A stretch of DNA of 64,000 bases from Tubulanus polymorphus (Eukaryota > Animalia > Nemertea). The notes beneath the pieces were generated by a model. It was not told where the DNA came from, made no database searches, and worked only from the letters and a program-made list of their open reading frames with translations. Each line of letters opens with the position of its first letter. Position 1 is the stretch's first letter. A program made the translations under genes and the position numbers. The stretch spans positions 248,001-312,000 of the forward strand of contig NC_134031.1 in assembly GCF_964204645.1 (NCBI RefSeq), written 5' to 3'. This document shows, in pieces, positions 36,532 through 50,678 of the stretch.

Positions 36532-39500
36532 GTAAGACATTTTTTACTTATCATTTTTTATTTGATATCACAGATATGTCTTGTAAAAATTATCGATAAC
36601 TTTTTTTCATAAAGAATTATTGATGAAAAAGGAAAAAAAAACAAAACAACGATCGAAATTCAAGATTATTTTTCCTCTCAAATGTGAGGTGAGGTTATTT
36701 TTACCGGTCAGTGCTGTGATAAGAGCGTCTTTTTAATAATTTAAAGATTCCTGTTTACAAATATTTGAAAACTTTGACGCAAAAATGAAAACGGATGATT
36801 AAGAATTTCAGTCACGTTCACAAATGATCTTTAAGAATCTCTTTTAACCGATCGAAAATATTCTCAATTGTTTTCAAGATCTCCGTAGAAAGTTATCTAG
36901 CACCTGTGTTCTGTATCTAAGGGCATCTTATATAATCAGTATATATTTCATCAATATGTTTATATATATCATGAGTCAATTTAATGAATTCATGTTATCA
37001 GAAATTTCACAAGATAATAAGACCAGTTTAAAAGGCTTTTTGTAATTCTTTGAGAGTCTCGTGAAGATAAAATCTATTTCTGTTCGGCAAATAAAATACA
37101 GATTAAATGTTTCAAGGAATATAGCCTATAGATAGTTGTAGGTATCGTCACGCGGAGTGATGAGAGAGACAGGGGTGCGGACTCTGTTTGAGTGGGTGTA
37201 AAACGAGATGCGTTACTCTTCAACAATCAGTTGTTAAACATGTTTTACAAATCTGTTCATTTTAAAGGGCCTTTTACCGTCAAACCTGTCCTTATTAGAA
37301 CCATGCGTTTCCGTCAATTGAAAACCTACTTACACGTCATATTATACCCCCACTAGCCAGAGACGCTTTCGACATGTTTGTAGTAACATCATATACTTCA
37401 AAAACTATCTGATATACTTGAGCTATATCCGGGAAAGTGATGACAGTGAGTGGTCTATCTGTATAGAGGAACATCCCTCTTATAGAATCCACTGTATAAA
37501 TACCATATCATCATATCTATATACACAACATCGGAATTAATCTAGAAAAAAAAATGATCTGATAAAAATATTTCATATGAAGTTATCGGAACTGAAAGAC
37601 TATTGTTAGGAGATCATTGCATGGAGTCCAAAACATAGCGACTTTTGAATTCAATTTTTCTAAAAGTTTTTAGATTGTCAGTTTTTGTAGATATTTTAGT
37701 AACACGACTAACAGTTTATTCATAATATGTGTTCAGGCTTAATTTCTAAAATCATGATATATTTTCTACAATTTGGATAAATGCTATAAAAACAATAGAT
37801 CCATTAGGAGATATAACAGTTTTACAGGTGTCGGGGGAGGGGGGAGGGGGGAGGGGGAGGGGGAGGGGAGGAGGGGGAACTCTCAGTAACTGGCGTGCGG
37901 CAGTAATCACTGATATCTTCTCATCACCTTCACACCGAGTTAAAGATGATCTGTTAAAATCATCTTTTGTCTCCGATTATAAAAACTGACGCCCTGTGAT
38001 TTCTGACGCTTAGGATAAAAAATGACGACACTGAGGTCGCGTGCGGTGGAAGTGAAGGGAGGCGGTTTACAGCAGGGCGGCTGTTCGGCGTACAATAAAC
38101 CCGAGTCGGAGACAAGAGACACTGTAGTTTACTAAACCGTATTGTCTGTGACAATGCCTCATAAAATACTGACATCTTTCTTCTTATTATGATTTAATAA
38201 TAATCAACAATCGAATCGGTTATCATCGTCTCAATTTTGAATGAAAGACGATTTTAAGGTGTGTTTCAAAATGCGTGTTGAATACGCGACGGTTTTTTTG
38301 ACGGGATTCATGCATGATTAATATAAATTCGACTCGGGGTTTGTGGGAATTGAATAGTTCCCAGCGCTTCAGCCGTACTAGAACTATCGTGTTTAATTAT
38401 ACATGCCCGACTTGAGAGAGTGATCTTTTTAAAAATGAATTCATCACAGTCTGAGACGCCTGACCATATATCGCGTGTCACGTGATACACAATACTCTAT
38501 CCGATGAATTATTCGCGAGGTTGATTAATTCAACGTTCAATTCAACTATAGTCAATTCGACCTCATTAATTCATCATTGAATTATTCTATAGTTAACTAT
38601 ATACATCTTCATTCGCATTAGGAGAAATATTTATGTGAAGTAATGTTTGTATCTGTCGTGGTTGTTTCTAGATAAAAGCATGAATAGCGCCGTCACTTGC
38701 CACAGACAACTCTCAGTGGTTATGGGTTATATCTGTACTTCGTTTACCGATTTCAAATTAAATTCCCTTTTACGATGCCAGCAGGTGCGCGTGACTGGTG
38801 CGTTTGCAGAAGGCAAAATTTAAACATCGCATCAAATTGAATTATTGTCAACAAAATAAAAACAGGGAATTCATCTCGATTTCAAAATAAGAAAAACCTA
38901 GAAAGAAACTAGCTCGAAAATCGAATTCTTTTACTTGGAATTTTTTTGGTGCAATGTATTCAAGGTTTTTCTATGATAGACGATGAACACTAAAACGAGT
39001 CGATACCGGATATAGACAGATAATCTGTGGATTCTGTTGTCGGAAAAGTGAAGGAATTCATTTGAGAAAAAATCAGATATTTTTTTTGCGCGATTGTTTC
39101 TGATATAATTTGTATGAAATGACTGCATCACCATCAGAGGGAGGTCATTAATCATAATGCACTGATGTTTGAAATAAGTGCGTCCCGCACAGTATTAAAT
39201 CGGTTACGGGCGGTAATTAGCAGTGATTATATGAATGTAGATATATAATTGATTGACAAACCTATTTTCCTGCTCCGCCGCCGCCGCTGCTGCTGCTGCT
39301 GTTGCTGCTGCTGCAATCACGACAATCAGTAATCTACGGGGGTAATCTCTGCATGCTTCAATTAAACCTCTTCATATAATTAATAGTAGTTAGTTTAAAA
39401 AATACTGATATAAACAACCGACCGCGTCTGCCATAAAAACAAGAGAGAGACACAGATTATATTATCTGATCTGATCTTTTTGGTTGAGGTTTTATTTCGG

Positions 39501-41068
39501 GGGGGGGGGGGAGGTTCGTTTTGGTTGGAATCCTCCCAGACAACAAGTACTACTATATCATACTAACTGATAACTTACTCCAGGATCTGCCGGCTTTATC
39601 TGATAACTAGTACAGTCTGTTCCGAGCTATCACAGTTATTTGAAATCATAAAAATGAATGAATTGAATTAATAGTTGATACGATACTCAGTGACATTGTC
39701 TATAGTGCGTTTCGATAAAATTGTTACACGAAAACGACAACTTTTTTCTTGTTCTTCAACACTGTAGAAGAAATGGACATAGCAACCTTTGTCAATGATA
39801 TATTTCTTGGCACCTATTTCCTGAGAGGGGTATTAGAAAACGAGTTGTGAGCGATGAATACGAACTAATTGATATGTTTATATAAGAATACAGTTATTAG
39901 GGGATCGAGAACCTGTTTCTGTGTAGATAATGTTTCAATTTAGAACAATAGACGAATTAACACGACACTATGCGGTCTATTGTTACGGGATTAAGAGCCG
40001 TGATGTTTATTGAATTCGGGTGTGATCTGATTATTGTGGTATTAATCCACTGACTTTTAGTGTTATTGATTAACTACACCGATTAATAAGTGGTCAATTC
40101 AAGTCGAACCCCTGGAGCTTGTCGAAGGTTCTATTAGTGAGTGAAGAAGCCTTATTTATGATACAGTTAAACTTGTCGTCGATGACACTTTTCAACACGT
40201 TCTTCTTCGTTGTTACTATTTGAATAGAGAGTTAACGGCGATGAAACCATGGCGATCGATAATAACCCGAATCCACACCATCGAAATATCTAATAAACTT
40301 CGGGTCCACAAAATGCTAAAACAGGACCAAATTCCACAATAGACCGGTTCCACAGTCCAGGATCTAGTTCCGCAGTTGTCGGTTAAGATTAGTTTGTTTC
40401 CAATGTTTTGAATTTTGGGGCCGAATTTAACCCTGTTAACTTTGAGAATAGTGAAACTGGTATCGAAAAGTTGACATATCTTTATCTTGAGGAGTTTTCT
40501 ATTATATCTCACAGTTAGAACGTTCATTATGTGTCAATCTGATTGTTATATATATATAATGTTAATCCGGTGTGTGTTGGGGGGGGGGGTGGTTTACGTG
40601 TTCGTCGCGCTTTGAACTTTTATCGTCTGTTATTTACACAGATCTTGTCATAAAAAACGCCGGGTAAATATTTGATAAAATACAATGAAACCAGTTTTGA
40701 GATATCTATCTCACGCGTGAGACCGGTTTGATACTCCTCGCGCGATGATGAGATTTCCACTATGTTTGTTATTCTCACACATATATCAAATAGTATTTGG
40801 GATTATCAAATTATCTCAACGACGTGTAGTTATTTTGAGAATTAAAGATCGAACTGATTACGCGCAGAAATTACTCCGAACCGATAATATGGTCAATTGT
40901 TTAAACACAGCTATAACAATTACACAAAATCAAATGGGGGTCGAATCCCGAGTTCGCTCAATTTCTAGCGGTCAAATTTCATCGATGAAAAATTAATCAA
41001 TGTTTTTTTTGTTTGACATTTTTAGGGACCTCATTGAGTGAGAGGGAGGTTGAAAGACACGTGACAGG

Positions 41069-41144
41069 ATGTTGTTGTACGAAACGCCGACGTATTTACC
41101 AGAAACAGAAGATGTATCTGATAACATGCAATCTACCGCTACTG
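41069..41144 (+). CDS. PRDM16: PRDM16/MECOM-like putative first coding exon ([25 protein letters not shown])
   Basis: Acceptor tttttag at 41025 and donor G|gtgagt at 41144/5. The phase matches the next exon, and there are in-frame stops at 41039 and 41051 before the ATG. Confidence 0.55.
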
Positions 41145-44100
41145 GTGAGTACTATATCATATCTTATCAATACAGAAATACTGTGCCCCCTGGTGACGTA
41201 GATTCGTGCACCACCCCCGGTGACGTTGAATATGCCCCCGCTGGTCACCGAACATTCGCAGCACAGCCCAGGGCACATGTAATCGTATGAGACACCTTTT
41301 AAAAGTTCATGTTGAGAAATGTCATTCTCGTGGTTATCAATAGTTTGTTTTTGTGTCCTTTTATAAGTCTGAAACATATCCTGGAGCTGTTGCGCATTTA
41401 TGTTAATTTCCTCTGCTCGATTCTAGCCATGTTGCTCTAACGCTGACTGTTCGATTTGCGTCGAGTTTTTATCGTTGTACAATAATTTGACCCGATCTTC
41501 GTAAATTAATTTCCTACTCGATTATAGCAGCGCCGAGCTCGCCTGTGTCTGTAGAGTGAGAGAGAGAGAGAGAGTCAGTCGATCGGACGCCTCGATAGGA
41601 AGTGAAATTTACATCAGAAATTCGACTTTGCTCAAAACAAATTATGATTAGAAATTCCAGTGTTGGTGTCATATTACATTGAATGATTGATAGATCTGTC
41701 GGCTCTCGCTCAGTGTGCTGATAACGGCGTGGTTTGTTCTACTAACAGACCACCTTATTTCTTACATATATCAATCCTGTAATTGGTATCCCGCCCGATG
41801 ATTGGCTGATCAGTAGTTTATGAAGTAGTTGATGTAGTTTTCAAATTCATACGTAAAATATTTTCGCTTTGAAATCTTAACAAATTTTATTCTTCAATCG
41901 TGAGATATCAATTGCTGGTTTATTATTTTGCGGATTATAGTGTGTTTCAGTAACTAGTTCCCCTGTACTTCCGTCTATGAATAGTTGGGGGGGGAGGGGG
42001 GGGGGGGTAGGTGAGGTTGTTAGAACTGATATTTTCAATTCTATCTGGAATATATTTCATAGAAATGTATGCAGCAGACACACACCGTTTATCCTATCCG
42101 TCTCTTAATCCCTCTTATCACATCACTTTTATATCTGTTAATCTGTTTTGAAATATACAGATGTTTCTTTGTATCTGTTATTTGAGTATTTAACGGATTT
42201 GATTCAGTAAACGCCATCAGGCGGCAGGTGAATTTATAATCCGTTCCACGAGAGTCACGTCTGATAACACTTTATAATATTATAAATCTCACTGATCAGA
42301 TGTAATACAGTTTTTTAACACTAGCTACAACAGAATAATAAATGTTTAACGGTTTGACAAGCGATTTCACAACAATTCAGTTCCATTGTTTCTGTCATAC
42401 ATAAGATTGGTTATAGCACCATCCTAGTCAGAAACCGGACTGTGGTTTAGTTCGCATAAACCCGATCCGATTAGAAGTTTACACTAATTGCCCCCCAGTG
42501 TCACAGACTCAAGTCCTCGAACACAAGAGGAGTCCTGCTCTTAGTCTGTTCGTTCTGAATCTAGCTCGATTCACTCATACCCCGTTAGTCTGTTAAACAG
42601 CCGCCGATAAATTCAATTTTTCTCGTTTTTTCAGATGATGTAAAAGAACAGTGCAAAGAGTGTGGTGAGATATTTCGCTCAAAGGTGGCGCTGCGACGTC
42701 ACGAAACGTACGTTTGTAAGAACAATAACGCCATATTCGCGCGTTTGAATCAAGATTTTATCGATCGACAACGGAATGAGAATTTACACCATAGTCAGTT
42801 GTTACTGTCCCCGTCTCAAACTACAATGGACTCGACGGTCAGATCGGCTGATAGTGAAGATAACATGTAAGTATCTACATAGACCACAGTTTCTCGCGCC
42901 CTGAGACTAAAGGGTTAATTTGCAATGTAATCAGCAACTATAGATTAAGTTTCAGTGGTTTTAAAGATTTTCTTTTTTTCATTCTTTCCACAGTTCAGAG
43001 ACAAGTAGTTTCACTGGCGACAATTGGAGAAATCAAGATGGCGACGACAAACTTTTCCCGTGCGAAAATTGCGATAAAACATTTACAGATCCCAGCAATC
43101 TACAACGTCACATCCGAGCTAATCACGTGGGTGCCCGGTCACACACGTGCAACGAGTGCGGGAAGACATTCGCGACCTCTAGCGGACTGAAACAACACCA
43201 ACACATACACAGTAGCGTTAAACCATTCCAGTGTGAAGTTTGTTTAAAAGCCTACACACAATTCTCTAATCTATGTCGACATAAGAGAATGCACGCCGAC
43301 TGTCGACAGCAGATTAAATGTAAGGATTGCGGGCAGGCGTTCTCCACTGTGACGTCACTCAGTAAACATAAACGCTTCTGCGAGGGAGGCCTGCGTAACG
43401 GCAGTACAGCCTCGTTATCGGCGTTTCCTAACGTGAACCTCACCGGGTTACCGAAACCAGTTCCGCTTCCGTCATCGCTTAGTTCTCTATCTCCCTCCCA
43501 GACGTCGCTATCTGCCGCTTATATGAATCTCTATGGTAACCGTCCAACAGTACCGTTCTATCCGTCGCTAGGGTTCCCGGCATTCCCTCCAACACATCCG
43601 TTAGCCGCTATGCAGATGGCAGCACTGTCCGGTATGGGTGGACTCGTACTTCCGAAAAGTTTGACCGAAATGAACAAGATCGATCTAGGTGGCGCTAGTG
43701 TGAAAACTGATAAACTCGGATCGGACGGTTCCGATCTGTCGTCATTGACGACCGGTAGTGATGGGGAGGCTGGACGTAATTCGGATACTGATGCGGAAGA
43801 ACAGATGCAGCCCCGGAGCCGCCCTTCATCACACTCCCCTCCAGTACAACCTAAACTATCTCCTATAGCAGCGCCATCTATAGCCGAACAGCCGTTTGAC
43901 TTGACGAAACATCGTCATCAAAGTCCCGAAAATACGAAACAATCGTCATTCGACATTAGTCATTCGACACCTAAACGAGGTGTGTCAGTATCGCCCCCTA
44001 GTGGCGGCAGCGGTGTCTCAATAGAATCTCCATTGGATCTCAGCGTGAAATCAACGAGCATCGAAACCGAGGCTAAACACGCCCATAAAACACACGTGTT

Positions 44101-45154
44101 CGGCGCAGGCGCGGCGGTGACGTCACCGGAACCACAGGTTACACCTAAAAAGCCGGAACCAGTTAAGCTACCATTGCCGACCTACCCGTACCCGTCGCCT
44201 ATGATGTTAGACTCGATCTATCAACGGTTCGAACAGAATAAACTCACTACATTTCAACAAACGGCTAAAATGATGGCCCTAGCTCAACAGCAATCTCAAC
44301 GATTCATTCCACTTCCGGTATCATCTGCTTACTCGGCTGCCGCAGCTGCTGCCGCTGCCTCGTTCTCGAACATGGCGGGTTTTCCGAGTCCCGTTAAAGA
44401 CGTGTCTCAGTTTATGGCGATGAAATCCGGGGAATCCCCGAGTCAATTCTCCCCGTACGCGGCTAAAATGAAAGAACGTTATTCGTGTAAATTTTGCGGT
44501 AAAATTTTCCCGCGTTCGGCGAATTTAACGCGTCACCTGCGCACGCATACCGGTGAACAACCGTATAAATGTAAATACTGCGAACGATCGTTCAGTATTT
44601 CATCGAATTTACAACGACACGTCAGAAACATACACAATAAAGAAAAACCGTTTAAGTGTCCTCTTTGCGATCGATGTTTCGGGCAACAGACAAATCTCGA
44701 TCGACATTTGAAGAAACACGAATCTGACGGACCGATTGTCGTAGATTCTCCCCCTGCCGAACACCGCCTACAATCAGGTAAAGACGAATCGTTTTCGAGT
44801 CTCGAGAACTTTAACAAACTGCCGACACCGGTGGACTGCGCGGGTTTGACAACTCCAGCCGTGGAGCGCAGAATCATTGATTCCAGTTTCTCCATCACTT
44901 CTAATGTATCCTGTCGTAAAGACGACGAAAGCAGCGACGTCAAGATGGAGACCGATGAAGACGAGGAGGAAATGTGCGATTTCGATGAAGATGACGATGA
45001 TCTGATGAAATCCGTTAGCGATGAAGAAAATTCGTTGAACAATAATCATAAAAATTCGATTTGTGAATCTAAAAATGATTCGTCAACAATAGCAACAACA
45101 TCAGCAGCAGCAGCAGCAGCAGTAGCGTCCACTGTAACCGCAGCAGTGTGTTAG
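41069..45154 (+). CDS. PRDM16: PRDM16/MECOM (Evi1/hamlet/egl-43) family C2H2 zinc-finger transcription factor, about 822 aa, 3 coding exons
   Basis: Exons 41069-41144, 42635-42866 and 42994-45154 join in frame (phases 1 and 2). The fingers [38 protein letters not shown] and [20 protein letters not shown]...[16 protein letters not shown], the PFDLT and PLDLS CtBP motifs and the acidic C-terminus match EVI1/PRDM16. It is likely co-orthologous to MECOM and PRDM16. Confidence 0.9.
42635..42866 (+). CDS. PRDM16: PRDM16/MECOM-like exon with the first (C2HC-type) zinc finger [22 protein letters not shown]
   Basis: tttttcag acceptor and gtaagt donor. Confidence 0.88.
42994..45154 (+). CDS. PRDM16: PRDM16/MECOM-like large terminal coding exon (4+3 zinc fingers)
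   Basis: tttccacag acceptor. The exon extends ORF 43127-45154 upstream to include [24 protein letters not shown]; stop TAG at 45152-45154. Confidence 0.95.
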
Positions 45155-47040
45155 TTTTATATTACTCCTGTGCTTGTATTCACTTACTACTGCTGCTGCT
45201 ACTATGACAATTACACCAGATTCAGGTTCTACTTCTGGTTTAAAAAAATTATTGATGTGGTTTATTTTTGAAATCTCGTAACGATATTTGCATGTTTTGT
45301 ACTTAAATGATCCGTATTTTACTATTGATCTGATGGGGGGAAATGGACGAGAACTTTACTATAATTCAGTCTAAACTTAGTCTAAAGTTTCTATTGCGCG
45401 TGGTTTTATTTCTATTATTGATATGAATATTTTCTTCTATTGCTGAATTTATTGTAAATAATCAACAATTACAATTATTTGATAAAGGTTTAACTTGTAT
45501 TATTGGTACGAAGACTAAATGACGACTGAGCTACGAAATCAAATCGTGATCTTCGAGTTTTGTTTTTGCTCTTATTTTTATACGATCGAAGAAAACGAAA
45601 GTACGAGAATATTTGTATATAAAAATATATGTATTGAGAGAAAAGTACTGGATTAACGGATTACCGGATTAACGGATTAAGATTCATTCTAATAATCATT
45701 TTAGACATTACGGTCTTTGGAACAGACTGTAGAACTTAGAGCATGTTTTGATAGTTCCTAGAAATTATTGCATGAATTTTCTTTTGATCTTAGATTTCTT
45801 TTCTATTATAAACTTCTCTAGTCAAATGGGAAAGTGCATATTATTAATATTATTATTATCTAATTTACATAATTATTCAATGGATAATAACCGATTCATT
45901 TAAATAATATTTGACAATGAGATCAACTTCAGTCGGGTCTCGCTTTATAAAACACCTCACTAAATAAACTTCTCTCCACAATAATAATCTATAACTTATT
46001 TGTTAATCTATAACTTTAATTTTCATCTTTTTTTTATACTTAAAAGTAACTAATAATTTGAATTATAAATCTTTGATTGAAGTGTGAACCTAGTATAGTA
46101 TAGTATAGTATAGTATAGTATAGTGAGGGTCTTGATTTTACTGGTTTATATGCTGTGTATGTTTGGTTCTATATATGAAGATTATTATTAATTCACTGAT
46201 ATTTCATATGATAAGACAATGTTTATACGACTAGTACAGTATCGATTACCAAGTTACAAATATCTCTGATATTTTTAGAACAGCAAAAAAGCAACATGTA
46301 GGCTACAATGAATATATCCTGTACCCGGTATAATATATACTTCTAGTAAAGGTCTATTGGCCTCTGTATGATCTCTGACCAGTAGCAAGTAATTTTGAGA
46401 ATGTCCTCTAAATATCATTTTTGAAAACAGTAGACTCCACCTAGCTCGGTCGCTTTGGGACTGATGTGAATATGAGTTGAGAATCAGGGAAATAGATCGT
46501 GGTTTTTCCAAATGAATTTTTGTAAAAAAAGACATCGGTTTCTCCCCCGAGTTTACATTTCGAGTCAGCTGTACTTCTGTTTTATTCCAAATCAGGACCC
46601 AATTTCATCCTGGTTACTGAATTACAGAAAGTAAATACATTTGTGTCACAGAATTTCCTAGGCATCAAATATCATTCTCTTGAATCTGACTGTAGTTGTT
46701 AGAGGAGTCGTCTGCAGATATTTTGAAGTAGCCATTGTTTCTGTTGTATGGGTATTACATGACTCTTAACTGAACGGATCACAGTCCTCGTTTTGCCGGT
46801 TGAAATTCAATCTCAATTCGATTAATATCTCAATATCAAATACTTCCATATGTTACGATATTTCAATTTCTGTGAGAAAATGATACAAAAAAACATAGTT
46901 TAACAGCGAACACTGGGCATACAGTGGACATCTGTGAATTTACTGCGAATCAATAGTTAGTTAAACTGCTCTATTTAACAAACAAATTAGATATATCAAA
47001 CTGAACTAAATCTTGTAAATAGAAATAAAAATGCGTGTTA

Positions 47041-47085
<45 letters not shown>

Positions 47086-47654
47086 GTTAATATTAGAAAT
47101 GGGTTTCGCTGACATCGAATGACAAAAATTAATTCATTAGATCTTAATTAATCGTTGATTAATAATTATTTAATTGATTAATTTGAATTGAATAGTGAGT
47201 TGATTTTAATACATGATTAATTAACTATTTCCTCGTGAGAAATAAAGAAAATTTAACTAAAAAAAATTTGAACATTTTTTCTTTTTAAATTTTTTCTCGT
47301 ATTTTCTAAGGATGGATATAGAAGGAGATATAAACAGGATGGATTTGACAATTGAATTCATTCTCAAATTCAGCGATCATTTCATAATATTTCAAAGGCA
47401 CCTTTCAGTGCGGCGTCCAGTTTCAGGAATGGGATTAACTCCCTCGCCGCTGAAAGTTACATCATTATTTATTGAAATTGGACGCTGGACTGAATGGTGG
47501 ACTGGCGGCTCTAGACTAACTACTACAGGCACCCCGAACAGCCCCATATGTCCGTATAGGACACAGCCCCATACAGCCCCAGATACCCATACAGAATACA
47601 GCCCACACAGCCCCAGATGTCCATACAGCTCCTTAAGATGATTAGCAGCGACAA

Positions 47655-47657
<3 letters not shown>

Positions 47658-47730
<73 letters not shown>
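47658..47730. repeat. (CAG)n microsatellite
   Basis: Visible directly in the sequence. Confidence 0.95.
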
Positions 47731-47732
<2 letters not shown>

Positions 47733-48208
47733 TGTGATAATAATTCTGATGCTCATTGCGTCTCATCGGTTAAATATTGACTAAGTAGTTTTTATCTAGC
47801 GCTTATCAGTGTAAACTAAACCGCTCGTGTTTGTCGAGTAGAACGATTAATCATCCAATATACTCTATCCCCCTCTAGGGTTTTCTGTAACATATGGCGC
47901 GACAATGTTTCACCGTGATTTCATTGTCGCAGAATCCACGAGTTCGAGTAAGAAAACTGGCCAAAATCATCAGCCGTGTAATCAATACAATCGGTCACTA
48001 CTCGCTATTGCGTAATGATAATACATGAGATTGAGTTATCACTCGATTACTCCAACGATTACCAGAACCAAAATATGACTGGAAAAATAGAAAAATTCTA
48101 CAAAATCAGAAACATAAAAACATTTCATCCAATGAAAGAAAAAAACCAAATGAAGACCATATCATAGAAGTGAAATCTTTACTGTTAGATTTCTTAAGAC
48201 CTGCGTAA

Positions 48209-48317
48209 CATTTTGCTAGAGACCGGGGCTGCATTTTGCTAGAGACCGGGGCTGCATTTTGCTAGAGACCGGGGCTGCATTTTGCTAGAAACCGGGCCGC
48301 ATTTAGCTAGAGACCGG
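48209..48317. repeat. 23-bp minisatellite, about 5 copies
   Basis: Unit CATTTTGCTAGAGACCGGGGCTG. Confidence 0.9.
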
Positions 48318-48749
48318 TTTAGTATTATTGCTATAAACCACGGGTATGATATCTATTGGTAACAGGAGGTTTTAAGAGACCAAAGAATCAATTTAGACTA
48401 AAATACTGGAGCATATGGTGTAAGTGAAGTGGTACTAGTCCTATATCGCTCTCTCTCAATAGCTGTTCTCTCTCTCTCTCTCTCTTTATCTTGTCTCTTT
48501 ATCGCGTTTGTATATTTAAACTGGATGAGACTGCTGCTGCTATAAGAGCTGACTGACTGGTTGACTGGTTGACTGACTGGTGGTTGGTTCGTGTGTAGAG
48601 GGGTTGCCAGGTGAGTGCGTCCAGTAACAAAGAGCTCTGAGTAAACATATAACAGATCGTCCACATGTCGTGACAGATTGGATAATATGATGCACATATT
48701 GACAATCATCTCGAGACCCAATCTCCTTTACTCTTATCCATTCCTCTTC

Positions 48750-48986
48750 CCTCCTCTCTCTCCTCTCTCCTCTCTCCTCTCTCCTCTCTCCTCTCTCCTC
48801 TCTCCTCTCTCCTCTCTCCTCTCTCCTCTCTCCTCTCTCCTCTCTCCTCTCTCCTCTCTCCTCTCTCCTCTCTCCTCTCTCCTCTCTCCTCTCTCCTCTC
48901 TCCTCTCTCCTCTCTCCTCTCTCCTCTCTCCTCTCTCCTCTCTCATCTCTCCTCTCTCCTCTCTCCCCACTCTCTCTCCTCTCTCT
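48750..48986. repeat. (CTCTCCT)-type polypyrimidine satellite
   Basis: Same unit as 30409-30714. Confidence 0.95.
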
Positions 48987-49106
48987 TCAAAATATATCAC
49001 CCAAAAAAACTTTCTTGTGATTAGACTTCTCATTATAGAAAATGAAATTTATTTCATTATATCGGTTATACCTGAACCCCCTCTCACTCTCCTCTCTACC
49101 TAAGAT

Positions 49107-49129
49107 CTACGAGCAATAATTGCTCGTAG
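49107..49129. mobile_element. 23-bp palindromic insert flanked by a 7-bp direct repeat
   Basis: CTAAGAT-[CTACGAGCAA TAA TTGCTCGTAG]-CTAAGAT. Confidence 0.6.
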
Positions 49130-50546
49130 CTAAGATGTATTAATTGTCTCCTGTTTTGTATAACGGTGACGACGGTGCACTGAGTTCACTCTATGTTTAC
49201 AGTTCAATGTGTACCCAAACCCTCATTAGAAAAAATCACTTGACATCTTTATTAAAACTACTGTCTCTTAAATACACACCGTGTGAACTGAAGATACAAT
49301 CAGTCCTTCATTTCATGTTGGTCAATTGTAATTAAATTCATTGATATTTCCTATGATAGTTTTATTCATAGATATAGATTTTCAAAGCGCGGTTTTTCAG
49401 TTATGTTTGAAAGTAAGTCTGTTAAGTGGTGCTACCCTAACCCCCGCTGACGGTTTGATGTCCTTTTGAAGTTACTTGAACTTGAGAGAATTGATTAGAA
49501 TTCGGTGGTCTTTATTTGTTCAAGCTCGTGTTAAATATCTGTCAAATTGAACTTGAACAAAATGATAATTTTTTCCTTAATAGATATCCCGTATTGATAC
49601 TAGATATGACATCTTTACTTATAGACGGTTTCTTTGTATAAATCCCTGTTAATTTATTCTAGGTATGAAAAGTTGTATGTGCATTTTAATTCTTAAACGA
49701 ATATTTGAAGAATTGGGAACGATTAAACCAGACCAGGTCTTTACCCTGAGAGATGTATTATACCTCGAAGACTTGGTCAAATCTGAGGTAATATTCTCTT
49801 GGTGCCAGTTCAATATGTGTGAGCTTACAGTTCCACATGATGCTAATTGTGACTTCAAATTTCATTATAGGTCTTAGAAACTTAGAAATGTAGCTATTTT
49901 AGAGTGAAAATTAGCTAAGAAACGCGACGGAAAATATGAATATGACGAGATACATATTTAGAATTCGGAGGATTTCGGTTATATCCTATGATTAATCTTC
50001 AGAAATAACGAAATACAACTGAATTTGTGATATCTTAGGAACCGGTCCTGAGATAGACCGCGGTTGTAAAAGTGATTACAACTCAATGAATTAAAGCGCA
50101 GCAGCAGCAGCAGCAGCAGCTGCCACTGAAGCCCATCGTCTCGGCTATTAATTGTTGATTAAAAGTATAAGTTCAAGGTCACAAGAAGCAGATGAACAAT
50201 AATATTTAGACAGTTGTGATTATGATGTGATGCGGTTCTGTGTGATTAGTCGTGGATAGAAAAATTTACATGTGTTCATTATGCACTTGATGAACTCATC
50301 ATCTACGTACTCCGTTAACAACAACATAACTACTCAACAATAAGTATCAAAATATCAATTAAATATCAGGAAATTCATTAAAAATCATTTGATATTAAAC
50401 GAAAAACAAATTTGAATGTGTGAATCACTGACAGGAAATACGTCATTCAGTTCAGCTGAATTCATTAACAGTATCATCTGTTAAGTACTTCACACAAACA
50501 TCTTTCAAATTTTATCAAATCTTTTATTCAAATCAGGGTTCAGTTT

Positions 50547-50678
50547 CAGTCAGGACAGGTACCTCAGTCAGGACAGGTACCCCAGTCAGGACAGGTACCT
50601 CAGTCAGGACAGGTACCCCAGTCAGGACAGGTACCCCAGTCAGGACAGGTACCTCAGTCAGGACAGGTACCTCAGTCA
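50547..50678. repeat. 18-bp minisatellite, 7 copies
   Basis: Unit CAGTCAGGACAGGTACC(T/C). Confidence 0.95.

Noticed and set aside
44533-45049. Antisense ORFs within the zinc-finger gene
   Set aside because: They are shadow ORFs of the plus-strand coding exon.
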